Shown here: positions 54,376-64,000 of the stretch, one piece after another | Position numbering within the stretch: the first letter of the stretch is position 1 | Layout: every line of letters starts with the position of its first letter | Assembly (NCBI GenBank): GCA_964270895.1 | Contig: OZ185439.1 | DNA: 64,000 nt | Source of the DNA: Podarcis filfolensis | Taxonomy: Eukaryota | Direction: 5' to 3' (one strand) | Program-made: the position numbers and the translations under genes | Notes under the pieces: model-generated | Told to the model about the DNA's origin: nothing | Database searches by the model: none | What the model saw: only the letters and a program-made list of their open reading frames with translations

Positions 54376-57300
54376 TCACTGCTAATGCAGGAAGGTTTAC
54401 TGCAAGGGGAAAAAAAAGCTATTTACACCTTCAAATAGAAGCTTTTGAGATTTAAGAGTAAGGGTCATACATCACGAAGAATAAATGATTATGAATTGGT
54501 AAACGCGCCCTCCAGCCATTAGCTTTGCCACGCGATTTATCATTTCGGGGTGTTCTTTCGCCCCCCCTCCTTTTCTTTTTAAAATAATCGGGGCTGTTTG
54601 GGAAAGGAAAGCATGACGGATTCTCCCCACCCCCTTTTAAAAAGGCCACCGCGGGAAAGTTTGTTTTTGCATATACTATAAGTCATCAAAACACCGGCCA
54701 TTCAGCCAGAAGCGGGGCCACTTATGGATTGCTGCGCCCAGAGGACAATGTGGTCTTTTCACCGTGGCCATTTGTTACCCAGCGATTGGCCGGCCCGGCG
54801 GGGTTGACACGTCCGGTAAACCTCCAAAGGCGCCGGCCACTTCGAAGGGGCGAACTTGGACTCTGCTAGCCGAGGAAGGTACCGGCCGCCCAGTGGGAAA
54901 TTCTCTTGCGCAAGTTCGGTGGCCAGGAATGAATGAGTGAGTGAGTGAATAAATGGATGGATGGATGGGCGGTGTTCAAGAGGAGTGGGGGATTTCTTCC
55001 TGCGATTTACCCAAGTTCTTTGGCCAGTTCACAGTCCAGATTCCCCCCTCCCAGAGTCACAGTGTTTCTTCTTTATTACCGCCCAGTTGTCCAGTGTCCA
55101 AGTCCTGCAGCCGGTGCATCAGACTCGACCAGCCAGGAAACGCCCTTCCCTTGACCTTAGGCGGCACGTGGTGGACCCGCGCTGCAAGCGGACCGAGGCG
55201 GGGAAAGGGAGACTCGCTGAGGAGATGCTGCAGAAAGAGGAGTAAGGACCTCACAGCCTCCCTAATCTCACCCATAAGTGCAAACTAACAATTGGAGCGG
55301 TGGTGCGGAATAGGGATATTTCAAGGAGAGACACATTTCCCAAGATGCCCTTTATTCCTTGCTGGTCAAAAGCTCTTGGGTCTTGACCTCTGCACATAAG
55401 ATGTATAAGGCAATCTTCCCTGAGGACCAGACCGGAGAGAAAAATCAATCTCCATCCTAAGAGCCGCTTCACACGTTACGCAAAAGGACACCCGAGTTTG
55501 TCGACAAATAGACTTTTTTTTAAAAAAAAGAGCTTCAGTCAAACATTTCTCCCTGTAGTGCGTACCTGTGTGACACAGCTGCTTGTAAACCCATGGATGT
55601 CCTATCCATACGTTATGTGTTTTAACATCTCAGGTGTATATCTAAACACATAGCAGCCGAAAGCGGCGAAGGCACTGGGTTAAGGTCAGCCTGAGGCCTG
55701 CCACTCTAAGCAGGTTCCACTGGGAAGCAGGACCCGCTGAAATCAGTGGGATTTTACTCCGGATATATAGTTTGGATTCGCGTGTTAGCTGAAAGCCACA
55801 AAACCTTAGAACGAGGGAGCACGGAGGGGTCAACTCCTTCTGAATTTGCCGCAAGGAAACCAAACTCTTGCTGAACAAAATATTTGAAAGATCAATTTCC
55901 TCGGGATTTTCCGTAATCTTTCTCCGAAAGCTTAAATTTAGACGGCGTCAGTTGTGTTAACATGCGCACACGCCTCCCTGGAAGTAAGCCCTTATAAACT
56001 TGGAGGCATGTCAAAGGAGTTCCTTTAGTTTATAAAGCCTCGGTGGAAAGGGTAGTTGATACTTTAAACTCTTGAGACCACATTTGAGGTTCAAGGCAGC
56101 CCACACCGCACCCTCTCCCCAATAAATCGGATTCCACTTGTGACAAATTTTGGAGAGGGAGAGTGGGAGAGAGGGATTTAATAGATGTGAAGAAAGGGGG
56201 TTCTGCCACTCTGTCTCTCAGTAGGGAACAAGATCTGCTGGCGGCCTCCAGGATTTCCCCCCTGTCTAAATCATGCACGATTAAAAGACTTGGACAGATT
56301 CTGTAATAAAACCTCTTTTTATAGGCTGGCTGAGATTTTACTATATATTCTAAGCAAAGAATGGAAATGCGAAGTGGGCGGAGGTAGAAATGAAGGATAT
56401 TAAGATTTAGTTGCTGAACGCTGGTCGCTTTAACTGAACCCCTAGACTTCATCCTTTGACACTTATTGGAGTGGCACATGCTAGCAACTCCAGGGTAATC
56501 CTATAGACCCTTCCTTGGGAGGAAGCTTCATTGGATACAACGGGATTTGTTTCCGAGTAATCATTCACAGTCTCGGGCTTCACAGAAGTAAAGACACCAT
56601 ATCCTGGGGGTAGCAACCGTTCCTGTAAAACAAACAGCAATTCCAGAAGCCAACGCCACAGATACACGCGAAGAGCTTGGAGTGGCGAAGACGCAGCACC
56701 ATTTGCAGAAAAGTTGCTGTTGAGATCGGCTGCTTTCTAAATTTTTACTCCAGCTGCGCTCTCACCCTCTCGTGGTCCTCTCCTCGTGTGATGGAGTCCC
56801 TGAGTCATACTGCCAACCGGCCCTCGACCCTTTTCTGTCTCTTCAGGGCAGTGGGCAGTGGGCAGGGCCAAAGCCAGGAGTGGACAAGGCGCCCTCTTTC
56901 CCCTCTCTCATCCTGTCACCCCTTTCTCTCTCCCCTCCCCACTCTCTTCCTTGCCACCTGCATGAGAATAGGCTCAGCGCCAGAGCGAGTCCTTGGGCGG
57001 GAGGTTGCTCACCCCGACCCATAGACCTGGCCATCACCTCCGACCAGAGTTCCCTGGAGACATCTAGACAGGCTTCTTAAACCACCCAGAAAGTTATTCC
57101 ACTTTCCTTCCGCATGGAATCAAGTTGCTTTATTATGCCCTCTCTATGTTAAGGTCTGGCCTCTGTTCTCGCTGAACTGGTCCCCTTCCTCGAACCACGG
57201 CCCCCAATCCAAGTGTTACGATACGAAAAGAAAACCTCTGATGATCCATAATATTCTCCTTTATCTGACTTCTCTCCCCCCCACCCCGGGCTCCTCGGTG

Positions 57301-57541
57301 TTGTATACATTTCTCTAATTGCTTGGCAATGTTTTCTAGAGATGACATCCCGAAAATGTGTCATAGTAAATTACCTTTGTAATAAAATGTAAAAAATGCA
57401 AATAGCTGTTGTCTTTATTACGTTTTAAACCATTGGTTTATCTGCACTATTTCACTTGTCAGTCGCACAATATGTCGCGGGGAAAGGCGAAGGCACAGTT
57501 TGAGAGCAGATAGATGGGACCTCGTGTGTAATCTTGCAGAC

Positions 57542-57681
57542 NNNNNNNNNNNNNNNNNNNNNNNNNNNNNNNNNNNNNNNNNNNNNNNNNNNNNNNNNNN
57601 NNNNNNNNNNNNNNNNNNNNNNNNNNNNNNNNNNNNNNNNNNNNNNNNNNNNNNNNNNNNNNNNNNNNNNNNNNNNNNNNN
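57542..57681. other. N gap (140 nt)
   Basis: Run of N. Confidence 1.
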
Positions 57682-58804
57682 GAAGGCATTTACCTTTTTC
57701 GGCGATTCGGAGACTCATCTTGATCAGGTTTAATGACATTTCGACTCGCACGGTTTATTAGGCTTGATTAGATTTGGCCTCCTCTCCTGCTGTCATTTCA
57801 GATGTCTCTACATAAACATCACCTGCTTCAGGTACAAGAACAAATGCACTCTTTTTACTGCTTTCTTTAAAAAATAAAATAAAATTCTGAGATGGGGGGG
57901 AATGTGAAACCTTAATTTTTGGGGGGGAGCAAGAACCCGAAATATTTTATTTTATTTCAAGAACCTTCACGTTGTAAAGGTAAATGGAGCAGGCAGCTCT
58001 TGATTCATTTCACGTGGGCCAATAGGAGGCCGCGGCCCATTTTACCCGCACAAACCGGCGCCTGGTCTGACTGAATCTCCTCCTGATGTGGGTGCTTAGA
58101 AACACAGCACATTTTGAAGTAAGTGAAGTCATGCACTTTGCCATCTAAAGTGGGGGCGCCCGTAAAACAGCTAAACCCAGTGTCTAAAATTACCCTCACC
58201 ACTGCAGCTCTGTTATCATGGATCCAAGTTTCTGATGCACCCGGGCCTTGATCAATGAGCTTGTCGACTATTAGCCTCCCCCCCCCCCCTCCTGCATGCC
58301 CAACATTACCCAAAAGTCACCAAGACAATGAATCTAGTGAATATCAGTAGCCGGTAACCGCAGGAGGAGACAATACACTTGTGCTCGAATCCTGCTTGCG
58401 GGTTTCCTACGGGCATCTGGTTGGCCGCTGTGAGCAAAGGATGTTGGACTAGATGGGCCACTGGCCTGATCCAGAAGGCTCTTGTCCTTATGTTAATGAT
58501 CCGGCTTAGCCGAAGTGATGGAATGGCCCTTCCGCCCTTGTGAGTTGGACCTTCATTAACACATAACATGTACACTTGAACGTTTAGGATAGGAAGGATC
58601 TCGGGCCAAGCCTTTAGCCAACCACGCTTCAAAGGCACAGGTTGTAAACCTGCTCCTAGGAGCTTACATTCTAAGAAGTTCTGTGGGGTCCAGGCAACCT
58701 AGCTGTGTGCACCGTTGTAGCTCACCAGCAGGTTCTCGGGACGGCGTTGGCATTACTGCAAAGCACGACTGTCCTGCGGAAACATAGAAAGATGACTTGG
58801 GAGG

Positions 58805-59580
58805 AATCATAGAATCATAGACCCAAGGGTCATCAAATCCAAACTCCTGTAATGCAGGGTTCTTAGTGTGGGAATGTTAAGGAAGGCAGGACAGGATATA
58901 TTGTTTTGATATTATCCTTCCTCACTCACCCTAGTTGAGTAAACAGCAGAGCAGATTCCCACTGCAGCTTATTGGAAGCAAGTTGATGGTTCCTTAGAAT
59001 CCTTTAATTAATTAATCCAGTCTGGATTGTCCAGTCTGGATTGTTCCTGGTAAATCTCCCCTTCATTTCCCTCTTAATAATAGCAACACAACACAGTCTT
59101 CTTTAAAAGTAATTATAAAGTTTTGCTCACATTTACTCACATTCAGTTCACAGCACTAAAGGCAGGCTTTATCTTGTGGTTACAGTGAAAAGAAGTCTGA
59201 GCTACATTTCAGACTTTTTGCTTGCGGGCTCCATTCTATGTGAAGGTTAAGCCATGAGCTGGCTAAGAGTCAGGAGACCGAGAGTCCAAGAGTAAGAGTA
59301 AGAGTCCAAGAGAGAGAGGGTTGCGTAGCCAACCATTTTATCTGGTCAGCTAGAGTCATGTCCATCTACTTGGTTACACAAAGGGGAGGAAGCTCTAGAG
59401 CAGGTATGACAGGAAGTCCTCCCTGTCTGGAGCCACATTCCCCTGTGTGTCCATTCTAGGCAACAGGAAGATGTTGTACTCGACTGCTCTAGTAATAAAT
59501 AATACATCCCACACTCAGCTGAACCATCCATTTCATGACAGATGGTCATTCAACCTCTGCTTAGAAACCTCCAAGGAAGG
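58805..59580 (-). mobile_element. CR1 LINE 3' fragment interrupted by the LTR-like element
   Basis: AATCATAGAATCATAG is the reverse complement of the CR1 (ATTCTRTG)n tail. CR1-like sequence resumes after the insertion (CATGACAGATGGTCATTCAACCTCTGCTTAGAAACCTCCAAGGAAGG). Confidence 0.7.
58867..59513 (-). mobile_element. 647-bp solo-LTR-like element (same family as 38498-38661, opposite orientation)
   Basis: TG...CA termini with short inverted repeats TGTGGGA/TCCCACA; near-perfect TSD CTTAG/CTCAG; internal tandem duplications (CCAGTCTGGATTGT twice). Strand is given relative to the short copy; transcriptional orientation is unknown. Confidence 0.75.
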
Positions 59581-59654
59581 GGGTTGAAATGAATCAGATC
59601 GTTGGTCCCAATATTAGTCTAGTCTCTGACCTGCAGCTTCTCTCTCACTTTCTG

Positions 59655-59800
59655 TAGGAACACATGACGTTGACTTCTACTGAGTCTGACCATTGACTCA
59701 TCTACTCTATCTAACCCAGTCACTACACTGATTGTGCGGGATATTGAATCTGGTACCTTCTGCATGCAAATCAGATGCTATAACCACTGAACCAGGGCCC
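59655..59800 (-). mobile_element. Degenerate tRNA-derived squamate SINE (Squam2-like)
   Basis: The minus strand starts with a tRNA-like head (GGTTCAGTGGTTATAGCATCTGATTTGCATGCAGAAGGTACCAG) and ends with a tail resembling the recalled family consensus (plus strand TAGGAAC...ACTGAGTCTGACCATTG). Confidence 0.6.
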
Positions 59801-60998
59801 TTTCATGTTGAGATATGAACAGATACTAGGAGAGGATACCGCAGGCCTCAATTCAGGACGTTTGACTGCCCCAGCTCGTTGCAGCCCAAGTCAAGAGCGC
59901 TGAATGCAGCGATTTTGAGATGCAACCACATATTGTACGGTGCTCAGATAAACAGCAGTAGGCAAGGCAGGTTCTTCGGCTGCCCGTCCTCTACTCTAGG
60001 GGTGTCGGATATTTCCTCCTCCCAGTGGCGTAATCGAGTTTTGTTAATTTAGTAATTGAATTGTTGGTAAATTTCATAAGCGAGGTCTGGGACACGGGAA
60101 CCCCGCCGAGCTAGGGCACCCACAATCCCTTGCGCGTTGGGGCACACTATGGAGATCCGTGCCGATTTTTTAATATATCTATATATTGTATTTTTTGGCT
60201 TTGGAAAACGAGGTGACCTGAGACAGCAGAGTCTCTGAGTGGATGCAGGCTCTTTGTCTTCTTCTCATTGAATTATTAATTCCAGTTCAAGGTGTGGAAA
60301 GGGCGGGGGGAAGGGAGGGAGGGAGAAAAAGAGACGGGGTGGGGGGTGGGAAGAGCCGAATAACATTTCTTGCCTGGCCATCGTTTGTGTCATATCGGAG
60401 AGCTGGAGCAGCCCAGCTTGCACCAGTTGAACTGATGGCTCTGCAGGGCAGGCCAGGGGACAGAGGTGGAGGGGTTAGTGGCAGGAGGGAACTCCAAATC
60501 CCCAGCCTGGGAGGCGGACGACGCGTTAGCCTTTGCACTTTATAAAATATACATCGGGAATGAAGCTGGAGCCATTAAAGTACACGCTAAGAAGCTATAA
60601 AATTGTTTGCAGAGACTTCCAAATATTTCCAAACAACGGTTTTTAAAAACACAATGGAGAGTTATTAAAGCGCTTGTTGGTAAAGTGAGCATGTGTTCTG
60701 CAATCATCAAAAATTGATATGTACCGCCAGTAAAGTAATTATGCACCATCCTGAGGATAGGAGAACAGTACATTGTTAATCCACTTGCACACCCGTTGGC
60801 TTGCAACATCAGGCTGCAAATAGCTTAATTAAGTCTACACGTGGAATATAACCATATTGTTACATTGCATTATGCACACTATATCTCAATTTATTGGGAC
60901 AATTAATGCTAGTGATAGACCTCGGGCAAGAAATATGAACTGCAGAGCACTAAAGTTGCAAGCTAGTGACATTTGCTAGAAAGGGAGGGAGGGAAGGA

Positions 60999-61000
<2 letters not shown>

Positions 61001-61034
<34 letters not shown>
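61001..61034. repeat. (AGAA)n tetranucleotide repeat
   Basis: Directly visible. Confidence 0.9.
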
Positions 61035-61036
<2 letters not shown>

Positions 61037-61523
61037 CAAATCCACAAGGCAGAACTGTCAACGTCCGACTCCAACCATCCAAAGGCTTCAGCAGCAGGCC
61101 TTGGGCGACCACTTCCGCTTCCTGTCCCAGGGACTTCAAAGGGTAATGCTAATTCAGGTGAAGAATCGGGCTCCGAGCTGATCACCCGCCAACGACGTTC
61201 GACTTGAAAAGCTGGTTGGTAATCCACTTCACAATGCAGCGAAGTCATTGGGGCTTAAGCCCATTGAACACACTGGCCATTGCAACCATCTTCCAGTTAA
61301 CATCACTCCGAGTATGCCTGGATTTTAACTTGCGATTCAAAATCTGGTGCACATTCTGGTTCCCATTCCTACTGATTTCTGCTAACAGGCACTTCTGCTT
61401 AAATGTGTTTAGGCTGCTCTCCTTCCTACTTCCAATTCACTACTGAAGCTAAAGTGTTCTAACTAAATGGGGGCTTCGAGCGGCTAATAGGTATCGGGTG
61501 TATATTAAAATCGAAGAAGCCTG

Positions 61524-61632
61524 TAGACTGTAAGCGCCTCGGGGACAGGGATCTACTTTTCAGGCTACCCTGTAACGCACCATGCACTCTGATAGCCCTG
61601 TATGAATGCCAAATAACAGCAGTAAAATAATA
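61524..61632 (+). mobile_element. L2-type LINE/SINE 3' end remnant
   Basis: TAGACTGTAAGCGCCTCGGGGACAGGGA...TGTAACGCACCATGCACTCTGATAG followed by an A-rich tail resembles L2 3' termini. Confidence 0.5.
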
Positions 61633-62775
61633 TGGCAACAGGTTAATAATCATAATGAGAAAAGATTGGCGGAACCGAAACTACTGGTGGTTGGTGGGAG
61701 AGAAATGTTTCATTTGCAAGCCTTCATTTTCCTTATTCCCCTTTGCAAGCCTTCTCATTTTCCTCTTATGGTCAATCTTTTTCTGCAGCTCGAAAGCTTT
61801 GGACGCTTTCACACTAACAGAGGCTGAGCCCAATAAAAGCTTTTGCCTTACCAACTTTGCATTTTTCATTCCCCGGGCAGTCCTTCGCAAGAAATCTGAG
61901 ATCGACTGTTGACATGACCACATCCCACACGTTGGCTCGCAACGCCTTCCCCAAGGGTCCCGGCTGAACTGCGATGCTGGTCTCTCAAGTCCTTAAAAGG
62001 CAACACATGGTCTTATGAAGGCCAAGGTGCCCAGCGGAAGCCCTGGAATGAACTCGCTTTGAAATCCCCCTTCGCACCCTTCACTTGGGCGCACAGGTCA
62101 GGACAAGGGGACTTCTTTCAGGAGTAAAATAAAATAAAACCCGATGGCCTTTAAGAAAGTATGGAGTGGGTAAATGTGTGCGCTGTAGTTTCAGTATCCA
62201 TACTGAACAATATCCATACCGTTGCTCTGCAAATTTATTTTAACCCGTTGGGTGCGTCGCCAAATACCTCTCCCTTAGAAACAGAAGTTCAAGCCAGGGA
62301 TTTTGTATAATTTATTTATTTATTTAACGGATTTATAACCCACTTGAGTTCTTCCCAAGGCGACGACTTATTTATTGTTGGAAGGTTTAGACAGCTTAGG
62401 TATATGTATTCTGCGTTCGTAGTCAATAAAACCAGAGGTGTGAAAATAGGCAAGAGCTTAGGACTTAAAACACAGTACATAGAACGAATAAATAGAACGA
62501 ATTTTAGGGTTCTCCTGTCCAAGATCAGACAGCAAGTCCAATTATTTCAAAGGATATAACATCTCATAGTAAGCAAACTGGAAGATCCACTAGTTTAAGT
62601 TGCATCTATTTACACCCCTCAAAAAATATTCTCCAGACTCTAACATAACGCCCCCAAGACTTATTTAGGACTTAGGTAGGACTTCTGTCCCAGTTAGTCG
62701 CAGGGCATCGATTTAACTGGATTGTAGCTCCCACATGATCCCCCCACCCCCTTTAGCACGGCGCGTTATTAATTT

Positions 62776-62843
62776 AATAATAATAATAATAATAATAATA
62801 ATTTATACCGCCTTTCATCGGAAGATCGCCGGGCGGTTTACAA
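62776..62843 (-). mobile_element. 5'-truncated reptile retroposon 3' tail with (AAT)n
   Basis: The minus strand reads TTGTAAACCGCCCGGCG...AAAGGCGGTATAAAT followed by a (TAT)n tail, a common squamate retroposon end. Confidence 0.55.
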
Positions 62844-63040
62844 CATAACCTGTGTCGTGTGATCTGTGAAAGGAAAGGATGGGCGGATGATGGTGACGCT
62901 GGTGATTAAAGAAGAACAATTGCAAACAAACCGTCCCTCGAATAAATTATTGTATTTCAGACGTCTTGATATGTGGATGACTGCTCCTTCCACAAGAAAA
63001 GTTAGACGGAATTACTTAGCCCTAACCGATTCGTAGCCCT

Positions 63041-63205
63041 AGCCCCAGTGCATATTTACCCAGAAGTAAGCCGCTCTGAATTCAATGTGATTTACTCCCA
63101 AGTAATTGTGCAAACGACTGCATCCTCACAGAGCCATTCTAAAGGAAATCCTACTGTGGTCAATGGGGATCACTCCCTAGTAAATGTGTTTAGGATCACA
63201 GCCAG
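63041..63205. mobile_element. Two adjacent copies of the palindromic MITE-like repeat
   Basis: TTTACCCAGAAGTAAGCC...TTCAATGTGATTTACTCCCAAGTAA, followed by GTCAATGGGGATCACTCCCTAGTAAATGTGTTTAGGATCACAGCC. Confidence 0.55.
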
Positions 63206-64000
63206 GTTAGTCCTGCTGATTTATGTGAATTAAATCGCTTTAAACCTAAACAGTTCAATTTATCAGAATTCTCGTTAGGTTTTTAAACTCTGTGGAGTTC
63301 AGTCCGTGAAAGTTAGTTTAATAATGCAAACGCAGTTCAAAAACCGCACATAGATTTGCCCCTGAAATCAGTGGCAGCTAAATATTATTGCCACATTTTA
63401 ATGGTTTGAGTTCTTGAGCTGCTGGGCAGCTTTAAATTATCCGGGCTAAAGTTTGCTGCTGACTGTTGACCCCAGATCGTTTACTTAAATTATTCAAGTC
63501 AAGAAGGAGTTAGTGGAATAGAAAATGAAATTTATCCTCTCGGATCTTTCGAACCCGCACCCCCGCAATTGCTGAACAAAGATGCTCAACAGGTTGTAAA
63601 ACAAGTTAGCACTTACTTCATTCCCGACCCATAAAATCCCTCGTTTTTCTTTCTTTCTTTTTAAAGGAAAATGACAGGGGAAAGATTCTAGAGAAACGCC
63701 GCTGGAAGATGGGAAGTGCATTAAGTCTCTAACATGGAAAAAAAGCAAGAAAAAGGACAAACTTGCAGATTAGATTCTGATTTAAGATTCCACCTGCCCA
63801 TTATCCAGGGGGAAACAGCAGTATTACATGTTTTACATACACGTAAGAGGATACTGGGGTATATTTCCTGTTTTTTATTGGCATATTTTTTAGACTTTGA
63901 ATAATGTACTGCTGTTTAGTATATCAACCTGCCGCCCCAAATACTCGCCAGTTTTCAGCCCGACCCGCTGAACCGCGATGGTCCGCGTCAATTGAGGGCA

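Noticed and set aside
59740-59800. tRNA gene on the minus strand
   Set aside because: Degenerate cloverleaf followed by a SINE-type body and tail; interpreted as a SINE head.

Overview
Vertebrate genomic DNA, probably from a squamate reptile (inferred from SINE, CR1 and MITE-like repeats), containing the divergent ZIC1-ZIC4 pair. ZIC1 is on the minus strand: three coding exons 15770-14780, 13648-13485 and 12570-12373, giving 450 aa. ZIC4 is on the plus strand: exons 30463-31654 and 36424-36881, giving a long 549 aa non-mammalian-type protein with a ZOC-like motif. The rest is non-coding: UTRs, CpG-rich and enhancer-like blocks, microsatellites, transposon remnants and four short N gaps. Main observations: (1) 253 nt of the ZF1-ZF3 coding region is about 97% identical between the two ancient paralogs, including wobble positions, while ZF4-5 is heavily diverged. 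This points to gene conversion between inverted arms about 16 kb apart. (2) ZIC4 appears to carry a modular splice system: an in-frame 111-nt exitron that removes the ZOC motif, a distal 85-nt exon resembling the mammalian ZIC4 N-terminal exon that splices in frame to the same acceptor, and a donor inside the EWYV motif that would give a mammal-like ...SE-stop C-terminus. (3) There are two copies of one LTR-like family with 5-bp target-site duplications, one nested in a CR1 fragment. No transcript or alignment data were available, so isoform use, enhancer function and novelty are inferences.
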